In this document: in pieces, positions 29,681 through 39,260 of the stretch
Position numbering within the stretch: position 1 is the first letter of the stretch
Layout: each line of letters begins with the position of its first letter
Assembly: GCA_016219325.1 (NCBI GenBank)
Contig: JACRNH010000014.1
Location: 132-64,131 of the forward strand
DNA length: 64,000 bases
Source: Candidatus Collierbacteria bacterium
GTDB lineage: Bacteria > Patescibacteriota > Microgenomatia > UBA1400 > JACPES01
Reading direction: 5' to 3'
Notes under the pieces: model-generated
What the model saw: the letters and a program-made list of their open reading frames with translations, nothing else
What the model was told of the DNA's origin: nothing
Databases searched by the model: none
Program-made: the position numbers and the translations under genes

Positions 29681-30979
29681 TTATGCCGTGGTCTTGGTAA
29701 AAAAATATAGCCAGGCGGGAATTACAGTTACCTGAATACCTTCCTGCTCTAATTGCTCCTCATGATCAAAAGTGAGAATGATTCCGCTCGATAAACCGAA
29801 TTTTAGACAAGCCTGCACCAACCCTTTCATTTCTCGCTCTTTTGTTTTAGGATCCACAAAATCAGCAGCCACCTGAATCGCCGCAGCAACTTTTCCTTTT
29901 TCAATTACTACAAAATCGCATTCGCTGCCATTTTGCTGATAAGCTATTTGCTTGCCTTGTTTTAAAAGTTCCAAGGCCACAGTAGTTTCCAGCAATCTAC
30001 CTTTGTCCTGACTCAACTTATAATCCAAAGCCGCTCCCATCCCTTGGTCAATTACATAGCATTTTTTCAAGGAACCTTCAGCTTTAACCACTGAATGTGA
30101 ATATTTATTAATAAGTCGATTTAGGTAGATTGCCTCCGCATACTCTTGATATAAATATAATGTATCTTTGCCTACCTGATATCCTTGGGACTTTAGCTCG
30201 TTATAAATTTTGTTGACGCTAAATTCTCCCGCCGACGCGCCGACTATCCGCTTACAAAAATACTTAAGCGTCGAACTATTAGTAATTTTATAACGTTCAA
30301 TTAAATCCCTCAGGACCATGACATTAAAGTATTCCTGTAATATCTTGTCTTTCAATTCACCTTCTTGCTTAACCAACTCGGGGAACCCACCCTGATGCAT
30401 GAAGTGTTCAAAAAGGCTAACGAGAGTGGCCCTATCAGCGCTGCTGTGAAAATTTAACTTTGGAGACAAAACGCCAACATATTCGGCAAACGATAAGGGG
30501 TAAATTTCAAAAGTAATCGTTCTCCCCCGTAAAGCAGTAGCAATTTCCTTTGACAACAATTTGGCATTAGAACCGGTAATAAAAACATGCCGGCTAATCG
30601 AAGCATAAATCCTGCTAACGAACTTCTCCCAGCCGTAAACTTCCTGAACTTCATCAAAAAAGAAATAACAATCTGACAATTTCTGATTCGGATACAATTC
30701 TTGATATGCCTGAAGAATTAAATCTAATTCTTTGCTTGATAGATGCAGCCGCTCGTCTTCAAAATTAAAATAGAGAATCTTCTCGCCTGATACGCCCCTT
30801 GCCTTCAGCTGATTGATCAAATGGAATAAATGATAGGTCTTGCCGCTTCGCCTCACTCCGGCCAAAGTTATAATCTTGCCGCTATCTGCCGGTATTTTAA
30901 GCGCCCTCTCCCATACCTCCGGAATTACTCTCCTTTGACCGTCAATGATGATTGTTTTTATTAAGTCTTTCCCTGTCAT
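29681..30979 (-). CDS. AAA+ ATPase with DUF4143
   Basis: GVRRSGKT, FFDEVQ, ITGSN, ECDFV; ATG at 30979 preferred. Confidence 0.9.
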   Translation of the reverse strand: MTGKDLIKTIIIDGQRRVIPEVWERALKIPADSGKIITLAGVRRSGKTYHLFHLINQLKARGVSGEKILYFNFEDERLHLSSKELDLILQAYQELYPNQKLSDCYFFFDEVQEVYGWEKFVSRIYASISRHVFITGSNAKLLSKEIATALRGRTITFEIYPLSFAEYVGVLSPKLNFHSSADRATLVSLFEHFMHQGGFPELVKQEGELKDKILQEYFNVMVLRDLIERYKITNSSTLKYFCKRIVGASAGEFSVNKIYNELKSQGYQVGKDTLYLYQEYAEAIYLNRLINKYSHSVVKAEGSLKKCYVIDQGMGAALDYKLSQDKGRLLETTVALELLKQGKQIAYQQNGSECDFVVIEKGKVAAAIQVAADFVDPKTKEREMKGLVQACLKFGLSSGIILTFDHEEQLEQEGIQVTVIPAWLYFFTKTTA

Positions 30980-31141
30980 AAGGAAAGAATACATCAAATA
31001 TTTCCTTCTGTCAAGGAAATATTTGAAACCGTCAGGCACAGCACTGGCAATTTCAGGCCATGAGCTCAATTCCAGGCACAAATCCGGCTTATTCCAGACA
31101 GGGTCGAGGAATAACACTGATTCTGAGGAAAATTGAAAATG

Positions 31142-31178
31142 TCTCTACCGCGCCATATTCGCGCCACTATCCGCGCCA
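31142..31178. repeat. TCTCTACCGCGCC...CTATCCGCGCCA motif, copy 2 (three CGCGCCA units)
   Basis: Read directly; 11-12 bp periodicity. Confidence 0.8.
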
Positions 31179-31184
31179 GGTTTG

Positions 31185-31226
31185 ATTAGATTAAGAAATA
31201 ACTGGCTCCCTAAATCTTGTTCTAAT
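31185..31226. other. Distal att junction (core GCTC at 31205-31208)
   Basis: TGGCTCCC = antisense of tRNA-Asn 3' end GGGAGCCA; arms ATTAGATTAAGA / TCTTGTTCTAAT symmetric about GC. Confidence 0.75.
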
Positions 31227-31364
31227 ATAAAAGGCATAAATATACAAGCAATACTCGCTTCTTTTCAAAATGTTGCCTATATAGGTGTTCTTAAGCAGCG
31301 ATGGGAAGAAATCAAAAAACTACAAAACCCAATTCAATTAGCTGTTGTTCCTAACCTGAAGTAA
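31206..31364 (+). other. Detached C-terminal coding tail of the element A integrase
   Basis: In frame with the core (CTC = Leu); LPKSCS...VVPNLK*. Confidence 0.6.
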
Positions 31365-31432
31365 GCCCGCTTTCTTTAATCCTTGTATAATCTTCTTAAT
31401 CTTGTTATGACTGCCCGTAATTAAGTTCGGAT

Positions 31433-32248
31433 GTGAGAATTATGAAAAATATGAATCTACCAGCCTATCCTAAAAGAAAGATGAAGGGCAATATTGGGGA
31501 AGCTTTGGCTCAATATGTTTTATCAAAGTTTTGTCTTGTCCATAAAATCGACGGAAGCAACGATATCGGTAACGATTTAATATGCGAGCTTATCAGAGAT
31601 GAATCGCCTACTAATTTGCTTTTTTATGTCCAAGTAAAATACTCAAACAAGAACCCGCAGATAAGAAAAGAAACGCTCGAATACTGGAAAGATTCTCCAG
31701 TTCCCGTATATCTGTTTTGGATTAAAGATAAAAACCCCACCCCTATTTACTCTTCTGATAATTTTTCCGAACTTGAAAAATATTATAAAAGATATACTCC
31801 CATATTGCACAATCCACAGAAGCACTCTAGCGAAAAATTCAAATTATACGAAGAGCTCCAATTCAAAAGAGATCTTATCATTGACTATTCAAGAACACAA
31901 TTTTTCAAGGGTTATGCACCTATTATCGAGCCAAGAGATTTTCTGAACATGAACGAAAAGATGAAGCTAGAATTCAGACAATATGTCTTTTATATTAAAG
32001 ATGTCATTCCAGAATACTCAAAACAAATACTTTCACAAAGCTGGCTTCATATTTTCACCTCTGCTGTTTTGTTGTTCCTAAGGGGCGATATTCAAAGTCT
32101 TCAGCAAGCGAAGGGATCTATCGCAATGGCTAAGAAATACCTAAAATATGCTGATGAGAAAAAAGTGTTTATATTTGAAGAAACTTTAAATGTTTATGAA
32201 AGCAAAATAAACGAGGCAATTCAAGTATTGAACGCAAATAAAAAGTAG
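31433..32248 (+). CDS. DUF4365-like PD-(D/E)XK nuclease
   Basis: KGNIGE...DIGND...FYVQVK. Confidence 0.7.
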   Translation: MRIMKNMNLPAYPKRKMKGNIGEALAQYVLSKFCLVHKIDGSNDIGNDLICELIRDESPTNLLFYVQVKYSNKNPQIRKETLEYWKDSPVPVYLFWIKDKNPTPIYSSDNFSELEKYYKRYTPILHNPQKHSSEKFKLYEELQFKRDLIIDYSRTQFFKGYAPIIEPRDFLNMNEKMKLEFRQYVFYIKDVIPEYSKQILSQSWLHIFTSAVLLFLRGDIQSLQQAKGSIAMAKKYLKYADEKKVFIFEETLNVYESKINEAIQVLNANKK

Positions 32249-32273
32249 TTCATTAGTTTTTGTTACAAATCCA

Positions 32274-32489
32274 TCATCTAAAGAATTCAGGAATTTCAAC
32301 CTTTAATGCCTTTGCAATCTTGTATAGCACGTAAACACTAGGAGAATAGCGGGCATTCTCCAAATGCCCCACATACGTCCTGTAAAGCCCTGCACGGTCT
32401 GCTAGCTCTTCTTGGGAGACATTCCTCTTCTTCCTCCACTTTTTGATTCTTTTACCGACTTCAACTGTAAGCTCTCTTTTGGATAACAT
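32274..32489 (-). CDS. XRE-family HTH regulator
   Basis: SQEELADRAGLYRTYVGHLE. Confidence 0.92.
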   Translation of the reverse strand: MLSKRELTVEVGKRIKKWRKKRNVSQEELADRAGLYRTYVGHLENARYSPSVYVLYKIAKALKVEIPEFFR

Positions 32490-32564
32490 CCTATCTAAAT
32501 TCTCTCTGATTATCAGAAAACGACAACGCGGTAAACATAGACTTTATAAGGAAAATCGTTTATA

Positions 32565-33419
32565 ATGAGGCTAATCAAGTTATGGATAAAATCGATGAAA
32601 AACAAACTTCCTCAGGTAAAATTTATGCCTGCCTTCCTTGTTTTTTTAGTAATCGTTACTCTTATCTGTGCAAACGAAATAATCAAATTCAATCAATTCA
32701 ATAATTATCTTAAACAAGCCGTGGTTTTATCCGCTTATGGAAAATCCCAAGAAGCCCAAGAGAGCTTACGGTTAGCAAAAGAGAGGATAAATACCACTAT
32801 TCTTGTTAAGATCATCAAAAATTGGGAAATTGACCGGACAGAAAAGCAAATCAATGAAATTGGACAATTAGTAGACGAAAAAGTGAGAAGGGTGATTAAT
32901 GAGGAAATGACAACTTCCTCGTCAACATCTACTCCAACTCCCGCGCCCATACAACAAAAACTTTCAACTTTAATTCCGGATCCAACGCGTCCACCAGAAG
33001 ATAAATCCTCTTACGGATATGATTCCTATTACCCGATAATACTGTCTTTTTCCGATAATAAGGGCGGGCTAATCAAATACTCGCAATACAATCAGTATCC
33101 ATATGGCTCGCAAAATACAGGCATCACTCTAAAGACTGGCGATTCCATAACTTGGAAGGCTGAAGCAAGCGACCCAAAAGGCAGACAAATTTCATACAAT
33201 CTAAACTCAAATTCACAACGGTTTAACGATATTTATGGACGAGGAGAATATAAAACTACGAGTCAGTTTGACTATGCGATTACAGAAGAAGATATAAAAA
33301 GTGCAGGAGATACCTTGCGGATGGTTTTATACATTAGGTCTGAAAAGGATAACTACAGAACGGGTGGCGGCGGAAATGATGATTCAACTTATCTTGACTA
33401 TAAACTCCAACCTAATTAA
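32565..33419 (+). CDS. Membrane-anchored exported protein with Ser/Thr/Pro linker
   Basis: N-terminal TM; TSTPTPAP linker; beta-rich C-terminal domain. Confidence 0.7.
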   Translation: MRLIKLWIKSMKNKLPQVKFMPAFLVFLVIVTLICANEIIKFNQFNNYLKQAVVLSAYGKSQEAQESLRLAKERINTTILVKIIKNWEIDRTEKQINEIGQLVDEKVRRVINEEMTTSSSTSTPTPAPIQQKLSTLIPDPTRPPEDKSSYGYDSYYPIILSFSDNKGGLIKYSQYNQYPYGSQNTGITLKTGDSITWKAEASDPKGRQISYNLNSNSQRFNDIYGRGEYKTTSQFDYAITEEDIKSAGDTLRMVLYIRSEKDNYRTGGGGNDDSTYLDYKLQPN

Positions 33420-33424
33420 AAAAT

Positions 33425-33853
33425 ATGGAAAACAAAACAAATTGGTCTTTAATTAAGCAAATACCTTTGTGGGGATGGGGGTTAATTCTGATTCTGTCTA
33501 TTGGTTTTTTATCATCTCTTTCAATCCCCAACAGAGAAACAAAAAACAATAGTAACTCCAATGTAGTCAAGGAGGTCAACAAGCAAACTCAGGCCAAAGT
33601 TAACTTCACTGGCACTCAATTTGTGATAACCAATGCTAATGATTTTGACTGGGAAGAAGTCGAAATCATCATTAATGAAAAATATCGGTACAAAACTGGT
33701 CTAATGAAATCTGGCTCAACCTACGAAATCGGAGCGAGACAATTTACCGATGGCAAAAATGTTCGATTTAATCCTTTCGAGATAAAGCCAGCAGAGATAA
33801 GGATTTGGGTTAAAGAGCCATGGAGTGATGATTGGTACGGAGAACTGAAGTAA
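33425..33853 (+). CDS. Membrane-anchored hypothetical protein
   Basis: N-terminal TM; 142 aa. Confidence 0.7.
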   Translation: MENKTNWSLIKQIPLWGWGLILILSIGFLSSLSIPNRETKNNSNSNVVKEVNKQTQAKVNFTGTQFVITNANDFDWEEVEIIINEKYRYKTGLMKSGSTYEIGARQFTDGKNVRFNPFEIKPAEIRIWVKEPWSDDWYGELK

Positions 33854-33860
33854 GTTGCAA

Positions 33861-36800
33861 CTATTTTTTCTTGTTCAATGCTTCCAACCGAATACCAATC
33901 TGTTTAGTCACATTTTCTTTAACTTTGGCAAAGACTGGTTTAGATAAGATTTGAGGCAATCTCCTCTCTAGTTTTATCAATTCTTCTTTTGTTGCTGATT
34001 TAATGGCAATAGACCATAAAGCACCGAAGTCGGTAGCCGTTTCTAATATTGGCTGAACTGGTGTTTTTGCTGCAATCGCTCTCGAAACTAAATCTGCAAA
34101 AATATTGCTGATATAGTCTATCCAGTAAATTTTATCTTCAGTTATAAGACCAGGTCTCCACATCTTTGAGATGAACTGGAGAAACACGGCACTAAAACTC
34201 CTCAGGTCGGAACCAGGCAGAAAGATTTGATTTATCAAATGATAGCTTCTTGCACGAAACTTAAAATCATCCTCTGCGACTATTACATAGAGGTCATCAC
34301 CACTGAAACTTACAAAGGTGTAAAAACATTCCGCGAGTTTACCAATTGCTTTTGAATACATTGTTGGGTCTAACAATCCCTGCTCTCGAATTTTTTGGAT
34401 AATTAACCAAGTATTCAATGGGGTTATAGCCTCTGATTTAAGAAGCCTATATAACCTAAAATCATCTGTGACCATGATCGTCCCCCTCTTTTTAGCGAGG
34501 TTCATCGAATCAATGAGCCAGCTTTCAAAAAGGTCATTTGTCTTTTGCCCTTTCAATTTACCTTTTGGAACGTGCTTTATGATTTTTATAGCAGTGCTAC
34601 TTCTAAGAAAGTTCCACAACCTCCTAAGACTTTCATTTTCTTCTTGCAAAAGCTCATCTTGAATTTTTTGAAAAAGCGAAAAGGAAATCTCCATCTGTGG
34701 GCATATTTTCTCGGTATCATTAAGAAGATTTAACTTTGACAGTGTGAGTAAGGATAGGTAATCAAATACAAAGACCTTATCTTTTGAATAGTTATCTTCT
34801 AGTTCTTTTCTAAACTCAACCGATGGCAGGGTGTACTCAAACGGCATTTCTGGATCTCTGCCAGACCATACGGTTATATACGGCTTCTTAAAAGTATTCT
34901 GCAGGAAGTAGGAGGGAATAGGCTGTTGTACGTATATTTGCTTAATTCTATTCGTCCACTCTCTCCTATCTTGAATCATTTTGATAATTTTTCCCTTATC
35001 CTTTCTATAGTCTATCTTTTGGATAGATTTTAGTTCTGGAAATTTTTCATCGAAAGCTAGCGCTCCCTCTAACAATCTGTCTCCACCTTCCTCGGAGGCA
35101 TACCTTAACATAACTGCCCCATAATGAGATAAAACCATTTGTACAGCAGGACCTTTTGGCAGTTGCTCAGCAAACCCCCTTGCTTTTGAGGCGGCTAATA
35201 TTGCCTTGTTTTTATCTCCTAGTAATACTTCGACAAGGCTTACGTCCAACCAGTACTGAAAATCATGTTTGTTTGTGGCTTCCTCCTCAATTTTTTGAAA
35301 TAGACCCCGAGCTATTTCTGGACAGCCATTATAAAGAAATGCTCGAGCGATTCTTATGGTTTCTTTATAGGAAATTTTGTCAAAATCAGGTAAAGATTGT
35401 AGTAGTGATAACGAAACTTCAAAGTCCCTCTTTCTAAATGCCTCAACTGCTTTCAGGAATTTGTCTCCTAGAGTGGATTCATTGGGTATATCACTAATCG
35501 GTAAAGCCATTCTCTTAAGCTTTTGCTCTCCCAACCATGTCCTAACTACATTTTGAAAGTAAAAAACTTCGTCATAGAACAGTGTTAGCTCCTTCTCTCT
35601 AGCCACAGACATCGCTTCATCAAAGTCTGCCTTCGCTTGGTTTAAATGCGTCTTTTTTTGAAACTCTGGGGCAATGTCTGAATAGCCAACGGAGTACGGT
35701 ACGGCATCTTTCTCAAGAGCTATAGCAAGCATGACGCGTCCTCTTAACAATAGACTTTCAACATCGTGCTTAAGCTTACAAGAAATATCTGCAAACTTAA
35801 AAGCATTATCTAACTGCCCAGCTTCTAGGTAAAAATGCCCTACAGTAAGCGATAAGACGTCATCGGAAGTAAACAGCTGCGAATATTGAACGCCTTTTTC
35901 TATGAAACCAATTACACCAGACACTCCTTCTTTAACTCTGACTAGTTTCAAATACACTTGTAATATCGCGGGGTCCTGATCCCTTCTTGTTTCTACCATC
36001 AGTGGTTGAAGTATCTGTTGTGCTTTATCTAGTTCACTTTTAGCTTCTTGTTCTTGTAGCTTTTGGCTTTTGTTTATGTGAACCGTAGCCAAGTTTTTGA
36101 CAGCAATTATGAAATCTGTATTTGCCTTAACTGCTTTCCTGAAGTACTCAATAGCTTCATCTAATTCATCTTCAATGCTGCAAGCAACTCCTATGTTGTT
36201 GTAGACTTTCGCTAATTCATTCCCAAAGTCAGGTTTATCTTCAATCTTCCCAAGAATTTTGAACAATAGTGTTTTGGCTTCTCCAATACTGCCCCTATCG
36301 AGCAAGTCTTTTGCTATTTTAATCTCTTCGTCTATAACTGATCTCTCTATGCCTTTGCCACTTAGGGCAATTGAGGTGGGTTTTTGTTCGTTTTGAGGAG
36401 TGTAAATCGACAACACATCTTTTTTCTGTTCTAACTGCTTTGCTTTCTTTACATCCTTATCTGTTGGTATTCTTTTTTGTCTTCTCGGTGTCGTTTTCAC
36501 AGAGAAAATCTTTTGTTCCTCTTTTCCTTCAAGACCCTTCTTTATCACTTGCTCTTTCCAAACCCCTAATATTCTTTTTCTCTCTGTAAGAGAAAGTTTG
36601 ATAGTCTCCCCATAAATATCTTTATAAATCTTAGGAAAACAGCCTATGAGGTCTTTAATCTGTTGTCTTACGGTCCAAAGGACAATTCTAAACGGATAAC
36701 TATGCTTCTGGAGGGAACCATCTACTACTTCTCTAAATTCGTTGTCAACAAAGCCGAATGGAGCAAATATACACCAACAATCACTGGGGGTACTGGAAGA

Positions 36801-37085
36801 GTAAAACTGACTAAGTTTGGTGTGTGTTTCGGTTTTTGGGATTAGTGTTTCCTTGCGACTCTCACAACCGTGACTTTTTGACTCTATTGCCCAGGCAAAC
36901 TCAATCTCTTTATCGTCAATTTTTGCAGACCACTTAGATATGTGATCCTTGCCAAATTGCAATCCACCACTTTGTGGATTTAATTCTAAAGGTAGGAATT
37001 TCCATTCTTTCAGAAGACAAGTTAAAAATTCGTGCAGTATTTTTTCATACTTGTCGCCCTTAGGCTTAGAGCCCTGTATTTTCAT
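33861..37085 (-). CDS. REase-like + TPR + PIN domain protein, putative defence effector
   Basis: Q.G.D...ESK N-terminus; TPR (AKVYNNIGV...AIEYFRKAV); PIN-like VFDYLSLL...MVTDD. Confidence 0.7.
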   Translation of the reverse strand: MKIQGSKPKGDKYEKILHEFLTCLLKEWKFLPLELNPQSGGLQFGKDHISKWSAKIDDKEIEFAWAIESKSHGCESRKETLIPKTETHTKLSQFYSSSTPSDCWCIFAPFGFVDNEFREVVDGSLQKHSYPFRIVLWTVRQQIKDLIGCFPKIYKDIYGETIKLSLTERKRILGVWKEQVIKKGLEGKEEQKIFSVKTTPRRQKRIPTDKDVKKAKQLEQKKDVLSIYTPQNEQKPTSIALSGKGIERSVIDEEIKIAKDLLDRGSIGEAKTLLFKILGKIEDKPDFGNELAKVYNNIGVACSIEDELDEAIEYFRKAVKANTDFIIAVKNLATVHINKSQKLQEQEAKSELDKAQQILQPLMVETRRDQDPAILQVYLKLVRVKEGVSGVIGFIEKGVQYSQLFTSDDVLSLTVGHFYLEAGQLDNAFKFADISCKLKHDVESLLLRGRVMLAIALEKDAVPYSVGYSDIAPEFQKKTHLNQAKADFDEAMSVAREKELTLFYDEVFYFQNVVRTWLGEQKLKRMALPISDIPNESTLGDKFLKAVEAFRKRDFEVSLSLLQSLPDFDKISYKETIRIARAFLYNGCPEIARGLFQKIEEEATNKHDFQYWLDVSLVEVLLGDKNKAILAASKARGFAEQLPKGPAVQMVLSHYGAVMLRYASEEGGDRLLEGALAFDEKFPELKSIQKIDYRKDKGKIIKMIQDRREWTNRIKQIYVQQPIPSYFLQNTFKKPYITVWSGRDPEMPFEYTLPSVEFRKELEDNYSKDKVFVFDYLSLLTLSKLNLLNDTEKICPQMEISFSLFQKIQDELLQEENESLRRLWNFLRSSTAIKIIKHVPKGKLKGQKTNDLFESWLIDSMNLAKKRGTIMVTDDFRLYRLLKSEAITPLNTWLIIQKIREQGLLDPTMYSKAIGKLAECFYTFVSFSGDDLYVIVAEDDFKFRARSYHLINQIFLPGSDLRSFSAVFLQFISKMWRPGLITEDKIYWIDYISNIFADLVSRAIAAKTPVQPILETATDFGALWSIAIKSATKEELIKLERRLPQILSKPVFAKVKENVTKQIGIRLEALNKKK

Positions 37086-37107
37086 AGTTATATTGTATCG
37101 AAGCAGC

Positions 37108-37326
37108 TCATCCGTTTATGAGTTTTTGAATATCTTCCAAACGGTAGCGTCTGTCTCCTGTAACATTGGGATTACTCCTTTTAGGGTGTGCCCTCGAACC
37201 AATCCTTATAGCCACCAATCGACTTTCTTTATCCCACCTTCTCAGCGTGGCGGGGTGGACGCTCAAAAGTTTGGCGGCTTCTTTAATTTTTAACAATCTT
37301 GAAATTTTTGTTTTTGTTTCGTCCAT
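37108..37326 (-). CDS. MerR/excisionase-like HTH protein, candidate recombination directionality factor
   Basis: LLKIKEAAKLLSVHPATLRRWD...RRYR. Confidence 0.8.
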   Translation of the reverse strand: MDETKTKISRLLKIKEAAKLLSVHPATLRRWDKESRLVAIRIGSRAHPKRSNPNVTGDRRYRLEDIQKLING

Positions 37327-37404
37327 AGTCGACTCGTTTCTTTAGCTTAATTATGTTAAATTATACATTAGCACTGGTTAATTATAAAGACAATCAAGAT
37401 AAAT

Positions 37405-38157
37405 ATGAGTTTTGAACCCATAAGCATAAAGATTGATGACTTAAAACTATTTGCAGACGTAGCTTTTGCAATTGATAGTCCATTTTTCATCAACGAAGCT
37501 GTCAAACTCAGAAAACAATACGGTATCACTGAACCCCTTGGGGGGAGTTCTTATCAAACTTGGGCTGTCGAACACTTAAGCGAGAAGGGTATTAAAATTC
37601 TCTTTAAACAAGTATCTGAAATTCGAGCCCGCATGATACTGACCGCTAATTATCAAGAAGTTTTCGAAAAAGCTGTTTTTGGTTGTGATATTGAAAATGG
37701 AGATTACGAAACAACTATGCTTATCAACTTTCAAAAACTACCCAACTATTTGAGCTATAAGCTACCAATATCTGAAATGTATGCAATTCTTCTTTCACCC
37801 CAAACAAGATATGACGATGTTAAAAACACATTTGCCAGATATGAAAAGCTCATGGCTTCGTTTAGAGAAAAAATAGATACCGTTAACTTGTTTGATAATT
37901 ATAATCAAAGTAAAAGCAACATCAAAACTGTTAGGAAATGGTACTGGATTAGGTACGGGGATGTAGTTTCGAATCGGTCGGAAAAACCAAAAACCTACCC
38001 TGAAATATTAAAGGAGTGGGGGCGTAAATGTCCAAAATGTGAAGAGGGTCATGCGACTGCTGGAGAAAATGCAAGATGCCCCTATTGTCGTATTACAGAC
38101 CAAAATATCCTAGAAAAACTTGTTCCCGAGTATAGAAAAAGGTTAAGACAGCCCTGA
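37405..38157 (+). CDS. Conserved element backbone protein (homologous to 44301-44918)
   Basis: Shared N-terminus and WYW motif; C-terminal CxxC...CxxC. Confidence 0.7.
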   Translation: MSFEPISIKIDDLKLFADVAFAIDSPFFINEAVKLRKQYGITEPLGGSSYQTWAVEHLSEKGIKILFKQVSEIRARMILTANYQEVFEKAVFGCDIENGDYETTMLINFQKLPNYLSYKLPISEMYAILLSPQTRYDDVKNTFARYEKLMASFREKIDTVNLFDNYNQSKSNIKTVRKWYWIRYGDVVSNRSEKPKTYPEILKEWGRKCPKCEEGHATAGENARCPYCRITDQNILEKLVPEYRKRLRQP

Positions 38158-38240
38158 CGGTTTTCCTCATCAAATCTTCCGTGACTCTCTTTCTTTAATT
38201 TGTAACCATATGGTTAGACAGATAATTTTGTCTGACTGAT

Positions 38241-38399
38241 ATGGGTAATCAAAAAATTAATCAATCTAAAAAGGAAGGCGAGCCTACGCTTGAGGGCATC
38301 GTGGAAGCGTGGGTTAAGTTGTGCCTTTTCCATATCAAAAAAACCAAAGAATTGGTTAATCAATATAAAGATAAAAAATATGAAAGCAAAACAATATAA
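38241..38399 (+). CDS. Small hypothetical protein (52 aa, not in ORF track)
   Basis: MGNQKIN...YESKTI*; overlaps the start of the next gene. Confidence 0.45.
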   Translation: MGNQKINQSKKEGEPTLEGIVEAWVKLCLFHIKKTKELVNQYKDKKYESKTI

Positions 38400-38655
38400 C
38401 AAACCAGTATTTTCGACAGACAACTTTGCTTTGGCGGTTTTCCTTAAAACCAAATCGTGCAGGTACCTGCACATTTCAAAAGACAATCCTCGACACGCAA
38501 CATTCCATTTTGAAGATAGCTCCGAAAGAGAAAGGCTAACCGCTGGGTTTTGGCAAGGTACAGCGTTAGTCGAACCCCGTGCTTTTTATAACAACCAGAG
38601 AGAGTTTAAGACATTACTTTACGACAGCAGCTATCCAACCAAAATGACAACCTAA
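38380..38655 (+). CDS. DUF5659 family protein
   Basis: FSTDNFALAVFL...VEPRAF....REFK; homologous to 44988-45239. Confidence 0.75.
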   Translation: MKAKQYNKPVFSTDNFALAVFLKTKSCRYLHISKDNPRHATFHFEDSSERERLTAGFWQGTALVEPRAFYNNQREFKTLLYDSSYPTKMTT

Positions 38656-38683
38656 CTTACTTTGAAAATTTATCAAAATAAAT

Positions 38684-39088
38684 ATGACTGAATTACTAGA
38701 GTTAGCAACCATAAAAATAGATTTAAAAATGCAGGGTAATTTTTTAGCTAAAGTAACACTAAATTGGCGAGATGAGTTTGAAGTACGTTTTTTTCGAATT
38801 CTTCGCTCAAGCACGGGTAAGGCGTGGCTTCAGCCACCCTGCCTGGAAAAATTTGGGTGGGCGAAATGTTTTGGCGTACTTGATCGTGATAACTGGAAAG
38901 AGTTTATGAGCAGGGTAATCGTTCAATTCAAAGAAGAATTAAAGGAAAAGGTTAAAGAAGGCACCTATTCGCCAGCGGTTTTAAGGAAGATAGAAGAAGC
39001 AGAAGACGAAAGCATCGATCTCAATGATATTCCCGATGATCTGGGAGGGGTAAATATTAAACCTATACGCACTTATGAGAACAAATAG
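38684..39088 (+). CDS. SpoVG-like protein with acidic tail
   Basis: LAKVTL...FEVRFFRI...WLQPP; EDESIDLNDIPDD. Confidence 0.5.
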   Translation: MTELLELATIKIDLKMQGNFLAKVTLNWRDEFEVRFFRILRSSTGKAWLQPPCLEKFGWAKCFGVLDRDNWKEFMSRVIVQFKEELKEKVKEGTYSPAVLRKIEEAEDESIDLNDIPDDLGGVNIKPIRTYENK

Positions 39089-39177
39089 TAACTATATAGT
39101 TACAAGTGACTATATGTAACTATAAAAGAGGATGGATAACGAAAGGATTGTGCATTGATTGTGCATTGATTGTGCAT
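39088..39177. repeat. Palindrome GTAACTATATAGTTAC, GTRACTATA repeats and (GATTGTGCATT)x3
   Basis: Read directly; followed by a very AT-rich tract. Confidence 0.85.
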
Positions 39178-39260
39178 CAAAAACTGAATAGAAACACAAT
39201 TTGCTTAATTAAATATAATTAGTTATAATTAAGTTTAATTAACTAATTTTAAGAAACAAA

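Noticed and set aside
30980-31117. N-terminal extension of the AAA ATPase
   Set aside because: Not family-like; ATG at 30979 gives a typical length
31182-31364. Independent 60-aa gene from the ORF track
   Set aside because: TTG start without SD; it spans the att core and is better explained as integrase end fragments
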